Notes under the pieces: model-generated
Database searches by the model: none
Told to the model about the DNA's origin: nothing
What the model saw: the letters and a program-made list of their open reading frames with translations, nothing else
Position numbers and translations under genes: made by a program
Assembly: GCA_963737635.1 (NCBI GenBank)
Contig: CAVTTL010000001.1
Coordinates: 1,600,001 to 1,664,000 of the forward strand
Source: an uncultured Methanoregulaceae archaeon
GTDB taxonomy: Archaea > Halobacteriota > Methanomicrobia > Methanomicrobiales > Methanospirillaceae
Length of the DNA stretch: 64,000 nt
Reading direction: 5' to 3'
Shown here: positions 21,516 to 32,681 of the stretch, one piece after another
Numbering within the stretch: the stretch's first letter is position 1
Layout: the number at the start of each line of letters is the position of its first letter

Positions 21516-21743
21516 TCAAACTGCGACTGTTTCGACACGGACACGGCTGATAATAACCTCATCTTCTACCGGTATCTCTTCATGATCTTCCTTCAAACAG
21601 GAGAGGTGAAGTCCGATTGCCTCTTTGGTATTCGCGATCGTCTCTTCCACGGTCTCACCCTGCGAGAAACATCCCGGGAGAGCCGGAACTTCGGCCCAGA
21701 ATCCGCCCTCTTCTGCCTTATGGATCAGGATTGTATATTCCAT
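21516..21743 (-). CDS. hicB: HicB family antitoxin; no adjacent hicA seen
   Basis: EEGGFWAEVPALPGCFSQGETVEE. Confidence 0.85.
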   Translation of the reverse strand: MEYTILIHKAEEGGFWAEVPALPGCFSQGETVEETIANTKEAIGLHLSCLKEDHEEIPVEDEVIISRVRVETVAV

Positions 21744-21806
21744 ATAAACCTCTTACCATAATTGTTCAAATTCCTTGTCGGAAAATCCTGCCTTCTTTAT
21801 CAATGA

Positions 21807-22277
21807 TCAGATCAGGTTTTGGAATTTTTTCCGGAATTTCTCCGTTTTCTCCGTTGTCAGCCGGTCAATGACATCAAGGACTTCGGCATTGAACGATTCA
21901 GCCGTTTGAATAAGTGCAACCACATCGTCGCGGACCGGTGTAGAGGTAACATAATACTGTTTGTCAATCCTCTCAGTCTTTGCATATTCCAGATCGGTAT
22001 TGTTAATGGCGAAAACCTCCTGAAGCAGGATTATTGCAGCGGTATGATTCTCGCATTTGATTCCCGTGGCGAAGAAAAGCGCCAGGACAGCGTAGTACAT
22101 GCTGTAATAGGCCATTGACACAGACTGCTCGAAAAGATCGTTCTCAAGCAGCAGTCTCGCTGATATAAAATGACTTTCAGACTTCCTCAGGTAGGCAATT
22201 TTCATTTCTTCGCTGGGAGCAACCAACTGGAGAATGCCCTCCTTATGCAGTTTCTTTAAAAAACCCGTTCTTGTCAA
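21807..22277 (-). CDS. HEPN domain protein
   Basis: AYYSMYYAVLAL..ENH..ERIDKQY; overlaps the MNT gene. Confidence 0.8.
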   Translation of the reverse strand: MTRTGFLKKLHKEGILQLVAPSEEMKIAYLRKSESHFISARLLLENDLFEQSVSMAYYSMYYAVLALFFATGIKCENHTAAIILLQEVFAINNTDLEYAKTERIDKQYYVTSTPVRDDVVALIQTAESFNAEVLDVIDRLTTEKTEKFRKKFQNLI

Positions 22278-22806
22278 AGTACACCTCAACGCCCCTGATG
22301 ATAACATGGTCTTTCATTATTTCCCGGATGAGCAGGTCTCTTGTGTCAAACACCCCGATCTTCACACTCAGTGACGAGTGCTTCTGCTCAAGTTGTCTCT
22401 TCTTTTGTGAATCAGATGTTTCGATGTAGATATCGATATCACTTCCCTTTGTTGCAAGGCCTTTTGCGTAGCTTCCATACAGGATGGCAAGAGGGACCTC
22501 CGGCATGTCTTGGATAGCCTGAAAAACTCCCCGCAAAACCGGGTATGTGCTCACGATTGAGGACAGTTTATAGATTTCAGCAATCATTGCAGCATTCCTC
22601 CCCTCAATCGTTCTCTTGAGAGTAAAAACTTTGTTTTTCCCTTCAAAACGGAAATCAACGATGTTGTTTTCCGTGAGATCGCGGAGTTTTCGCAGGACCG
22701 TGGCATGATTGCTCCTGAGCTTATCGGCAATGGCACGCGTATGAAGATCCTCTTTGATGAGGAGTGCCACGATTTCATTGATTAAATTTTGTTCCATATG
22801 GTTCAT
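22243..22806 (-). CDS. HTH + minimal nucleotidyltransferase (MNT) antitoxin
   Basis: N-terminal HTH; LYGSYAKG..SDIDIYI. Confidence 0.85.
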   Translation of the reverse strand: MNHMEQNLINEIVALLIKEDLHTRAIADKLRSNHATVLRKLRDLTENNIVDFRFEGKNKVFTLKRTIEGRNAAMIAEIYKLSSIVSTYPVLRGVFQAIQDMPEVPLAILYGSYAKGLATKGSDIDIYIETSDSQKKRQLEQKHSSLSVKIGVFDTRDLLIREIMKDHVIIRGVEVYFDKNGFFKETA

Positions 22807-22862
22807 TTTTGAACCAATCTACAATAAAGATTGTGGTTTGGAGAGTCCAGAAACAGAAAACG

Positions 22863-22946
22863 TGCGAAGGATGGAAGCGTACCCAAGAACTCCTACGAGA
22901 TCAGGCCCTCAACCTAACGCCTTTGACCTGGCTTGGCTACCCTCGC
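22863..22946 (-). tRNA. tRNA-Leu(GAG), probably a pseudo-tRNA with degenerate T arm
   Basis: GCGAGGG acceptor, D arm GCCAAGCCAGGTCAAAGGC, anticodon loop TTGAGGG, long variable arm; T loop reads TACGCTT instead of TTCRANT. Confidence 0.7.
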
Positions 22947-23158
22947 CCATTACTTTCATCTTTCCTACGCCGTGAGATACAGAGTACAAACCTTATTCAA
23001 AACTCTCAGACCATAACGAGATTCTGCGCTGGGCTCTCGGGAAGATAAGAATTCTGGGGAATACTATAATTTTGCCCAAACACAATGTGTTATTGAAACA
23101 AGCAGTGCCGGGTCTCACCGACTGTGGGGATCCAAAACGAGTATTGGCGGAGCAGCTT

Positions 23159-24250
23159 ATGGCATTTGATCGACGCGTACCCTACAACGACCTTCCGCCT
23201 CTTCCTCCAGCCATCGATTTGGAATCAAAAACAATACTCAAAAAATGCGTCAGCGCCCACCGGGCTCTTGCGTCACTAAAATATGCCGGGAACCTGATTC
23301 CCAATCAGGCTATTCTCATCAATGCCATTCCCTTGCAGGAAGCGAAAGCAAGTTCCGAGATCGAGAATATTGTGACAACAGGTGATCAGCTTTACCAAGC
23401 CTCGGTATTGCCCGGGACCGTAATCGATCCGCAGACAAAAGAGGTTCTTCGCTACCGAACGGCCCTCCGCCGAGGCTATGACCGTCTAAAGACGCGATCC
23501 ATCTCAATGAGTCTGCTCCGGGAAGTTTGTGAAGCCCTCCTCGGCCACGAAGTGCAGTACCGCTCATCATCCGGGACGCAGATAACGAACAAGACGATAG
23601 GCGAAGTCGTTTACACACCCCCGGATGGTGACGAGATCCTGCGGGAAAAACTGGATCAATTGGAGAACTTCATTCACCTTCGCGATGAAAATCTGCTCGA
23701 TCCGCTTGTCCGTCTGGCTCTCATCCATTACCAATTCGAAGCTATCCACCCATTCGAGGACGGCAATGGCAGGACAGGACGGATCCTCAACATCCTTTAT
23801 CTTGTCGAACAAGGACTTCTCGATATTCCCGTCCTATATCTCAGCCGGTACATCATCAACCACAAGGGCGATTATTACACGTTGTTGCGGGCCGTCACGG
23901 AGGAGCAGGAATGGGATGCGTGGGTACAATTCATGCTTTCGGCAGTTGAGGAGACGTCGGCGGGAACATCAAAGCGCGTCCTTGCAATCCGCAAACTCCT
24001 TGACGAAACGACGGCCCTCTGCCGCGAAAATCTTCCTCGCCAGATCTATTCCCGGGAGCTTGTCGAGATGATCTTCGTCCAGCCCTATAGTAAAATCTCA
24101 TACGTGGTAGATGCGGGGATCGCCAAACGGCAGACTGCCGCCGAATATCTGCAAAAGCTTGAAGAGATTGGCGTACTGGAATCGCGGAAAGTCGGACGCG
24201 AGAAAGTGTTTATTCATCCCGCTCTCTTGAAGTTACTTTCCGAGCCGTGA
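23159..24250 (+). CDS. Fic family adenylyltransferase (SoFic-like)
   Basis: PYNDLPPLPP, EAKASSEIENI and HPFEDGNGRTGR. Confidence 0.92.
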   Translation: MAFDRRVPYNDLPPLPPAIDLESKTILKKCVSAHRALASLKYAGNLIPNQAILINAIPLQEAKASSEIENIVTTGDQLYQASVLPGTVIDPQTKEVLRYRTALRRGYDRLKTRSISMSLLREVCEALLGHEVQYRSSSGTQITNKTIGEVVYTPPDGDEILREKLDQLENFIHLRDENLLDPLVRLALIHYQFEAIHPFEDGNGRTGRILNILYLVEQGLLDIPVLYLSRYIINHKGDYYTLLRAVTEEQEWDAWVQFMLSAVEETSAGTSKRVLAIRKLLDETTALCRENLPRQIYSRELVEMIFVQPYSKISYVVDAGIAKRQTAAEYLQKLEEIGVLESRKVGREKVFIHPALLKLLSEP

Positions 24251-24402
24251 ATATATGTCGAAAATGTTTGTTTTTTTCGACACGTTTTGGTGATATGTCG
24301 ATCCGTTCGACATATTGTCCGTGCTCGCGATCAGCTGTTTTTGATACTACGGATAAACCGGTTCAGGAAAAAGGGCTCTATTAAGTCCAATAAACGGAAA
24401 AA

Positions 24403-24485
24403 TGCGAGGGATGGGAGTTGAACCCATGAATCCCTGCGGAACTGGATCTTAAGTCCAGCCGAGTTGGCCACTTTCGTACCCTCGC
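24403..24485 (-). tRNA. tRNA-Leu(TAA)
   Basis: Cloverleaf GCGAGGG..CTGGA-CTTAAGA-TCCAG, long variable arm, ATGGG-TTCAACT-CCCAT, CCCTCGC-A. Confidence 0.92.
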
Positions 24486-24609
24486 GCTCTATAGTATTTC
24501 GTGTGTACCATAAAAAGAATCGTGGCCTGAGAATCACGGATCTGCACAACCCATTCCCTACAAGTACCACGCCTTTTATGCATTGCCGGTACCATACTGT
24601 ATCCGACAG

Positions 24610-25614
24610 ATGACCTCCTTTACCTGTACAGGCTGGGTCGAACGGGACGGTACCCGGCTTTCCTTAGCAGAGGTTGAGAAGATCCTAAAAGCAGACCCGG
24701 AGCAGATCCGCACGTTCGGTGGCGAGTTTGCCCTCTCGTTTGACGGTTGCCACGCCCGGGACCATTTTGGCATCATCCCGGGCCTGGGCCCCAAAGGTGC
24801 ACTTGTCTGCAACGGACAGGTCAAGTTTTCCATCGAACCAGACCCGGCACCCTGCACTCTGGAAGAATCCATAATCAAATCAGTCCGGCTCAGGAGCGAC
24901 GAAGGTGTAACCGCACTCTCAGGTGGAGTGGACTCAAGCCTTGTCGCCGCGCTGGCAGGAAGGGAATGCGTGGCCGTTGGTCTTTCAGGTTCGCATGATC
25001 TCGAACGAGTTAAGCACGCAGCAAAACTCCTCGGCCTTTCCTGCACCGAAGTGGAGATAACCCCGGATGAGATCGAAGCCGCGCTTCCCAGAGTCATTGC
25101 TGCGATCCCGAAAAAAGACCCGGTCAACACAAGTATTGCCGTAACCATGTATTTCGTCGCGCAGTGGGCAGGAGAGCACGGGTACCAGCGCATCCTTGCC
25201 GGTCAGGGAGCGGACGAGCTCTTCGGCGGGTATGCCCGGTACCTCTCCACCCCAACGCTGGAAGAGGATCTTGCCCGGGACGTTGCCGGGCTGGAACAGC
25301 AGGCAGACCGGGACCAGGCGGTCGCTGCGCTTCATGGCACGTACCTCTCCATGCCCTACCTGGACATCCGGGTTATGCGCGCTGCATGTGCGATCCCGGC
25401 CCATGAGAAGGTCTGTAACGGGCAAAGAAAAATCCCGCTCCGGGTCATTGCAGAGCGCCATATCCCGCCAGAACTGGCAGGATACAAGAAAAAAGCCATG
25501 CAGTACGGAAGCGGGGTCTGGGTAACACTAAAAAAGATTGCCCGTAAAAATGGTTATAAAACGTCCGTGCAAGATTACATAGACCACATCGGACGGGTGC
25601 ACCATGATCACTGA
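24610..25614 (+). CDS. Asparagine synthase C-terminal domain protein
   Basis: ALSGGVDSS, GQGADELFGGY and KKAMQYGSG. Confidence 0.85.
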   Translation: MTSFTCTGWVERDGTRLSLAEVEKILKADPEQIRTFGGEFALSFDGCHARDHFGIIPGLGPKGALVCNGQVKFSIEPDPAPCTLEESIIKSVRLRSDEGVTALSGGVDSSLVAALAGRECVAVGLSGSHDLERVKHAAKLLGLSCTEVEITPDEIEAALPRVIAAIPKKDPVNTSIAVTMYFVAQWAGEHGYQRILAGQGADELFGGYARYLSTPTLEEDLARDVAGLEQQADRDQAVAALHGTYLSMPYLDIRVMRAACAIPAHEKVCNGQRKIPLRVIAERHIPPELAGYKKKAMQYGSGVWVTLKKIARKNGYKTSVQDYIDHIGRVHHDH

Positions 25615-25873
25615 AAAAGACGTGGAACATATCGGGGAACTTGCGGATATCGGCATCGATACAACAGAACTGGCCACCTTTACCGGCCAGTTCAATGCCA
25701 TCGTGGAATATTTTGACGTACTCGACCGGGTAAAGGGCGATACAGCGGTCACACGAGATCTCTATAATATCCTCAGGGAGGACGAAGTCGAACCCTCGCT
25801 TTCGCAGGAAGAGGTGACCCGGAATGCCGGTGCACAGGAAGACGGGTATATCAAGGCACCCCGGGTGATGTAG
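25604..25873 (+). CDS. gatC: Asp/Glu-tRNA amidotransferase subunit C
   Basis: NILREDEV..YIKAPRV; directly precedes gatA. Confidence 0.92.
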   Translation: MITEKDVEHIGELADIGIDTTELATFTGQFNAIVEYFDVLDRVKGDTAVTRDLYNILREDEVEPSLSQEEVTRNAGAQEDGYIKAPRVM

Positions 25874-27177
25874 TGGCAACGCACACGATCCATTTCGAGC
25901 CAGACGACCGGTACAACGCATTCCTCACTACCTGTGCCACCCCCACCCACGGCGAGGGAAAACTGGCCGGGATCGCCATAGCGGTCAAGGACAATATCTC
26001 AACAAAAGACATCGAGACCACCTGCGCCTCGAAGATCCTCAAAGGCTATATCCCCCCGTACGATGCCCATGCGGTCAGCCTCATCAAAAATGCCGGCGCA
26101 GCAATCGCCGGAAAGACCAACATGGACGAGTTCGGGATGGGGACGAGCACCGAGAACTCGGCATTTGGTCCCACCCTCAACCCCCGCGATACGAACCGGG
26201 TGCCCGGGGGATCCTCAGGAGGGAGCGCGGCGGCGGTAGCATCAGGTATGGTGCGGATGGCCCTTGGTACCGATACCGGGGGCTCGATCCGGTGTCCGGC
26301 TGCGTTCTGCGGGATTGTCGGGCTCAAGCCCACGTACGGGAGAGTCTCCCGGTACGGACTCATAGCCTATGCAAATTCGCTCGAAACGATCGGGCCCATG
26401 GCACAGAACGTCACCGATGTCTCGCTCCTGATGTCAGTGATCGCCGGGCACGACAAAAGAGATACCACGTCCTATGACCGACCCTACAGCCACACCCCGT
26501 CCGCAGATATCAAGGGCCTGCGTATTGGTATCCCCAAGGAATATTTCGGAGAAGGTGTCGACCCTGAGGTCGCAGCCATCGTCCGGCGAGCAATAGGAAA
26601 GCTCGAAGAGCTCGGCGCGGTCACCGTTCCCTGCAGTATCCCCTCGATGGCATACGCACTCGCTGCCTATTACGTAATCTGCACCAGCGAGGCCAGTTCC
26701 AACCTCGCCCGGTTCGACGGTGTACGGTACGGCCCTGCGGTCGACACCAAAAAGTCGTGGCATGCGGCATACCAGGATGCACGGAAACAGGGCTTCGGGC
26801 CTGAAGTCAGGCGCCGGATCATGCTTGGGACATTCGCGCTCTCGTCCGGGTATTACGGTAAGTATTATGCGAAGGCGCAGATTGCCCGGGAAAATGTCAG
26901 GAAGGACTTTGCCCGTCTCCTGAACGAGGTCGATGTGCTCTGCGGCCCGACGATGCCCACCATCGCGTTTAAACTCGGAGAGAAGAGCGTGCCGCTCTCC
27001 ATGTACCTCTCCGATATCCTCACGGTGCCGGTGAACCTTGCCGGTATCCCGGCCATCTCGGTGCCCTGCGGGAAGGTGCAGGGGATGCCGGTCGGGCTCC
27101 AGATCATGGGCAGGCCGTTCGAGGATGAGCGGGTCGTCGACGTCGCGTATGCCTACGAGCAGGCGGTGAACCCATGA
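25873..27177 (+). CDS. gatA: Asp/Glu-tRNA amidotransferase subunit A
   Basis: [21 protein letters not shown] and SSNLARFDG. Confidence 0.96.
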   Translation: MATHTIHFEPDDRYNAFLTTCATPTHGEGKLAGIAIAVKDNISTKDIETTCASKILKGYIPPYDAHAVSLIKNAGAAIAGKTNMDEFGMGTSTENSAFGPTLNPRDTNRVPGGSSGGSAAAVASGMVRMALGTDTGGSIRCPAAFCGIVGLKPTYGRVSRYGLIAYANSLETIGPMAQNVTDVSLLMSVIAGHDKRDTTSYDRPYSHTPSADIKGLRIGIPKEYFGEGVDPEVAAIVRRAIGKLEELGAVTVPCSIPSMAYALAAYYVICTSEASSNLARFDGVRYGPAVDTKKSWHAAYQDARKQGFGPEVRRRIMLGTFALSSGYYGKYYAKAQIARENVRKDFARLLNEVDVLCGPTMPTIAFKLGEKSVPLSMYLSDILTVPVNLAGIPAISVPCGKVQGMPVGLQIMGRPFEDERVVDVAYAYEQAVNP

Positions 27178-28626
27178 TCGACGCAGATGTCATCGTCGGC
27201 CTCGAAGTCCACTGCCAGCTCGACACAAAGAGCAAGCTCTTCTGCGGCTGTTCCACCGATTACCGGGACGACGGGCCCAACACCCACGTCTGCCCGGTCT
27301 GCCTCGGGCTGCCTGGGACGATGCCGGCGCTCAACAAACGCGCGATCGAATACGCGATGAAGGTGGCAAAAGCGCTCAACTGCACGGTCGTGCCGGAGTC
27401 TGAATTTGCGCGGAAGAACTACTTCTATCCCGATCTGGACAAGGCCTACCAGATCACCCAGTACGACAAGCCGCTTGCCGAAGGCGGCTATGTCGAGATC
27501 GAAGGGGACGACGGCAAAGAGCGCAGGATCCAGCTCACCCGGATTCACGTGGAGGAAGACCCGGGCCGCCTCGTCCATAGGGGAAATGCCGAGCGTGGCC
27601 GGTATTCCCTGGTCGATTACAACCGTGCCGGCGTTCCGCTCATCGAGATCGTCTCGGAGCCGGAGATGCGATCGCCAAAAGAGGCGAGGAAGTTCCTGAA
27701 CAAGCTCCGGGCCACCCTCGAATATCTCGGCGTCTTTGATTCGGATAAAGAAGGATCGTTGCGGGTCGATGCCAACATCTCGCTCCGGGGCAGCAACCGC
27801 GTGGAGATCAAGAACATCACGTCGTATAAAGGCGTCGAGAAGGCACTTACCTTTGAGGTTACCCGGCAGAAAAACCACATACGGCGCGGCCTTGTCGTCG
27901 AACGGGAGACCCGGCACTATCTCGAGGCCCGGGGCATCACCCAGTCGGCCCGATCGAAAAGAGCTGGAGAACGATTACCGGTACTTCCCGGAGCCGGATC
28001 TCCGGCCCCTCCGGGTCCAGTCCTGGCTCAAGGATATCGCGCTCCCCGAACTGCCCGACGCCCGGCGCGAGCGTTTTGTTGCCCAGTACAGCTGTTCGCT
28101 GAACCATGCGCGGACGCTCACCGGCGAGCTGAAGATGGCGAACTTCTTTGAAGGGGTGGTCTCGGGGAACCAGGGACCGTGCACTTTGGCCGCGACCTGG
28201 ATCGCCGATACGCTCACCGGCGAACTCAATTACCGGGACATGGGGATCGACGCGGTTGATCCCGCACGGTTCGGTGAACTATTGATTCTCCTCCAGAAGG
28301 GGACCATTACGGACAAAAGCGGTATTGAAGTCCTCCGGGTCATGCTCGATGAGCAACACAAAGGAGAAACGGTTGAGACACCTGAGGCAATCGTTGCCCG
28401 GTTAAATCTCGCAAAGACGGCCGGCGACGACGGTGCCATTCGTGCAGCCATTACGGAAGTAATTACGGAAAACCCAAAGGCGGTCGAGGACTATAGGGCC
28501 GGAAAGAGCGGGGCCATCAATTTCCTGGTTGGCCAGGTCATGAAAAAGACCCGGGGCCGTGCCGATCCCGGCGAGCTCAACCGGCTCATGATAGCGGCTC
28601 TGGAGAAATGCGGAGCAGTGATCTGA
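27174..28626 (+). CDS. gatB: Asp/Glu-tRNA amidotransferase subunit B; frameshift near 27958
   Basis: [28 protein letters not shown] and GQVMKKTRG. Confidence 0.93.
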
Positions 28627-28627
28627 C

Positions 28628-31455
28628 GTGCACCTGATCGTCGCGGAAAAGAACATCTCGGCGCACCGGATCGCCCAGATCCTCGCCGAAGGTCACAAAG
28701 TCGTGGAGAAGAAAGACGCCGGGGTCTCGACGTATAGTTTCGGCGACACAACCACGGTGGGTCTCCGCGGCCATGTCGTTGAGGTTGACTTTGAACCCGG
28801 TTACGAGAACTGGCGTTCCGAGAAGTATACCCCAAGGAGCCTGATCGATGCAAAGACGATCAAGGTGCCAACCGAGAAGAGGATCGTGTCCCTTCTCCAG
28901 AAACTCTCTCGTCACGCCGATCTTGTCACCATTGCAACCGATTTCGATACCGAAGGAGAACTGATCGGGAAAGAGGCATACGAGCTGGTCCGGGCGGTCA
29001 ACAAGAATGTGAAGGTTGACCGGGCGCGGTTCTCTGCTATCACGCCGCAGGAAATACGGATGGCATTTTCCCATACGACTGATCTTGATTTCGCGCTTGC
29101 CGCGGCAGGCGAAGCACGGCAGTCGATCGATCTGATGTGGGGGGCATCGCTGACCCGGTTTATCTCCCTTGCTGCGCGCCGGGGTGGCAATAATATCCTC
29201 TCGGTGGGCCGGGTGCAGAGCCCCACGCTCTCCATGATCGTCGATCGCGAAAAAGAGATCGAGAAGTTTGTCCCGGAGACGTACTGGCAGCTGGGCCTGC
29301 TGACCGAAAAGGCCGGCGAGCAGATCGAAGCCCGGCACACGAATGGCAGGTTTAAGGAGCAGGCAGCCGCAGAACGTGCCCGCGACCATACAAAAGAGCC
29401 GCTCGTCGTGACCGAGGTCAGGGAAGGAACCAAGCAGGACCGGTCCCCCTCGCCGTTTGACACGACAACTTATATCGTTGCAGCGGCCCGGCTTGGTTTT
29501 TCTGCCGCGAATGCGATGCGGATTGCTGAAGACCTGTACATGAACGGGTACATCTCGTACCCGAGGACAGACAATACCGTCTACCCCGCGTCGCTTGACT
29601 TGAACGGCGTGCTTGCCACGATCAGGAATTCGCCGTTTAAAAAAGACGTGGAATGGATCATCACCAATCGGAGGAAAGAACCGACCCGGGGCAAGAAGTC
29701 TTCCACCGATCACCCGCCGATCCATCCCACCGGAGTTGCGACCCGGGAAGGGATCGGGGACGATGCGTTCCGGATCTACGAACTGGTACTCCGGCGCTTC
29801 CTCGCGACCCTTGCCCCGGACGCGTTCTGGCAGACCCTGAAAGTGAACTTTGATGCCGGCGGCGAGACCTATACCACGACCGGCGGGCGGCTGGTCGAAC
29901 CGGGCTGGCATGCGGTCTACCCGTTCTCGGAAGCAAAGGAGACCATCCTCCCGACGTTTGTCACCGGTGAGAACCTGCCGATACGAAAAGTCAGCCTCGA
30001 TGAAAAAGAGACCATGCCCCCGGCCCGGTACACCCAGAGCAAGCTCATCCAGAGAATGGAGGAACTCGGGCTTGGCACCAAGAGCACGAGGCACGAAGTG
30101 ATCGCAAAACTGGTCTCCCGCAAGTACGTCGAAGGAAACCCGATGCGCCCGACTCTTGTGGGCCGCGTGGTGACCGAATCGCTCGAGCATAATGCCGATA
30201 CGATCACCAAACCCGGCATGACCCAGACGATCGAAGAGCACATGCAGCAGATAAAAGAGAGCAAGCGTACCCGCGACGACGTGATTGCAGAATCGCGCGG
30301 TATGCTGCATGCGGCGTTCGAGCAACTCGAGGCAAACGAGAAAGTCATCGGGGATGACATCCGGGAACGCACTGCAGAAGAGCCGAATCTCGGCCGGTGC
30401 CCGGCCTGCGGGGGAATGCTTGCGATCAAGCACCTGCGGGGTTCGACCCAGTTTATCGGCTGTTCCCGGTATCCTGAATGCACCTTTAATATCGGGCTTC
30501 CGGTCACCCAGTGGGGCTGGGCCGTACGGACCGACGATATCTGCGACAAACACCACCTCCATTTCGTGCGTCTCGTGCGAAAGGGCGCCAGGCCGTGGGA
30601 TATCGGCTGTCCGCTCTGCCACCATATCAGCTCGAACGCAGAATCGCTCACCGAGATCCCCTCCATGGATGAGACACTGCTCGAAAAAGCCCGGGCCCAT
30701 CATATCTACACGGTCGCCGAGATCGCCCGTCGCGATCCTGAATCGCTGGCAACCGTGCTTGGCCTGACCCTGGAAAAAACGCAGAAACTCAAAAATGAGG
30801 CGGGTGCCGTGCTCGAAAAACTGCGCCGGCGTTCAGAGTGCCGCAAGTTCATGAGAAACCACCTGATCCCGCGAAAAGGGCGCAGTTACGCGAAGATCAT
30901 GAGCGCCTTAAAGGAGTCCGGGGTAACCGATCTGGCAAGCCTCGCGAAAGCGAGCGCCTCCACGCTTGAAAAGGCCGGCATCGGCGAGAACGAGGCCCGC
31001 GATGTTCTCACCGAGGCCCGGATCACCTACCACAGCCAGGTCTTAAAAGAGATCGGCATTCCCGCGGTAAGCCTGAAAAAGTACATCGCAGCGGGCGTTA
31101 CCAGCCCGGAAGATTTTGTATCAGCCGGTCCGGAAAACTGAGTAAATTGACGGGCATGAGCGCCGGCACCGTGAACCGGCACCTGGCTCTGGTGTGCGAA
31201 TACCTGCACCGGCCAGTTCCGGTAACCGTGCCGAAAAAACGACTGGAAAAGGGGCGAAAAGAATTGCTCTCGATCAGGGGTATGACCGGGACCACAGCCG
31301 ATACATTCGCCGGAGCCGGGGTCATTAACGGCGAGAGCCTGCTTGCCGCAGATGCGCATAGTCTTTCGAGCGCCACCGGGATCGATGAAGAGAAGATCCG
31401 GACGTTCCAGGTTCTCCTGCGAAAAAAGCAGGAGAATGCCATTATACAAATCTGA
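28628..31455 (+). CDS. topA: DNA topoisomerase IA with Zn ribbon and C-terminal HhH-like repeats; frameshift near 31135
   Basis: ATDFDTEGE, SVGRVQSP, ISYPRTD and LGTKSTR. Confidence 0.93.
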
Positions 31456-31458
31456 CAA

Positions 31459-31824
31459 TCACTTCAGGACCAGTTCGATAGCGACCCTGAGGTCGTTATC
31501 GTCGAACGGTTTGATGATAAACCCGTCAGGCTTGGTTTCCCGCGCCCGTTCCAGGGTCGGACCGTCGGAGTGGGAGGTAACGTAGATCACCGGGATACCA
31601 AACCTCTTCTTAATCATCTTCGCGGCTTCGATACCGTCGATATCTCCTTTGAGGTTGATATCCATTAAGACGACATCCGGCTTGGTCTTTTCCACCAGCT
31701 CCACGGCATCAGCGCCGGTTACCGCCCGCCCGCAGACCCGGTATCCCAGGTTGTGTAACCGCCAGTCGGCGATCTTTGCTATAATATCGTCGTCCTCTAC
31801 CAGAAGAACCGCTTTGTCGGTCAT
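31459..31824 (-). CDS. Single-domain response regulator
   Basis: LLVEDD, LMDINL and IIKPF. Confidence 0.9.
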   Translation of the reverse strand: MTDKAVLLVEDDDIIAKIADWRLHNLGYRVCGRAVTGADAVELVEKTKPDVVLMDINLKGDIDGIEAAKMIKKRFGIPVIYVTSHSDGPTLERARETKPDGFIIKPFDDNDLRVAIELVLK

Positions 31825-31986
31825 AGCACTGCCTTAATAATATGTACATGTATATCCGGGTCATGAACCTATGGTTATCCCTCCGGTCACGGGTCATCGG
31901 TACCCACAGAAACCGGGCATCTTTTCTGGCGGTGGTAAACGCCCGGAGCGCTGGTTTATGGGGGATAAACGACATATGATGATGAC

Positions 31987-32673
31987 ATGAAGTGGAAAGA
32001 CTGGGTACACGTGACCAAACTCGATCCTGACAAACAACTCAGGCCCGGTGACATCGACGCCATTGCGACAAGCGGTACCGATGCCCTTATGCTCTCGGGT
32101 ACCCTGAACGTGACCAAAGAGAACCTGCTGTGCCTCCAGAAGCAGATCGCCATGTATGATCTTCCGCTGGTGATGGAGCCTGCAGGCCCCGAGGCCGTGC
32201 TCTTCGACGGTATAGAATATGTCTTTGTGCCAAGCGTGATGAACACCACCGACGTGCAGTGGATTGTCGGCAAACACCGGTTCTGGGTCCAGCAGCAGGA
32301 CGGCAGCATACCGTGGGACGTCGTGGTCCCGGAGGCGTATATTGTCCTCAACCCCGACTCTTCGGTAGGCCGGGTGACAAAAGCCCTCTGCGATCTTACC
32401 CCTGCCGAGGTTGCTGCGTATACCGCGGTCGCCGACCGGTACTTCCATTTCCCGATCGTGTATATCGAATATTCGGGGACGTATGGCGATCCCGCCGTGC
32501 TAAAAGCTGCATCCGAGGCTGTCGACTGCTCGATCCTCTATTATGGCGGGGGGATCAATTCGGCAGAAAAGGCGGCTGAGATGGGGAAGTATGCCGATAC
32601 GATCGTGGTAGGAAACGCGGTGTACGACCAGGGCGCTGCCGTTCTCAAAGCGACGGTGGACGCCGTCCAGTAA
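31987..32673 (+). CDS. Geranylgeranylglyceryl phosphate synthase (PcrB-type)
   Basis: [28 protein letters not shown] and VVGN. Confidence 0.9.
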   Translation: MKWKDWVHVTKLDPDKQLRPGDIDAIATSGTDALMLSGTLNVTKENLLCLQKQIAMYDLPLVMEPAGPEAVLFDGIEYVFVPSVMNTTDVQWIVGKHRFWVQQQDGSIPWDVVVPEAYIVLNPDSSVGRVTKALCDLTPAEVAAYTAVADRYFHFPIVYIEYSGTYGDPAVLKAASEAVDCSILYYGGGINSAEKAAEMGKYADTIVVGNAVYDQGAAVLKATVDAVQ

Positions 32674-32681
32674 CGTTTTTT

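Noticed and set aside
27950-27970. Programmed frameshifting in gatB (also topA, fwdC)
   Set aside because: No consistent slippery motif or stimulatory structure; the window-wide indel density points to sequencing error.
28586-30703. 705-aa antisense ORF over topA, and similar long antisense ORFs over fic, fwdA and gat genes
   Set aside because: Shadow ORFs arising from GC-rich codon bias; no recognisable motifs.
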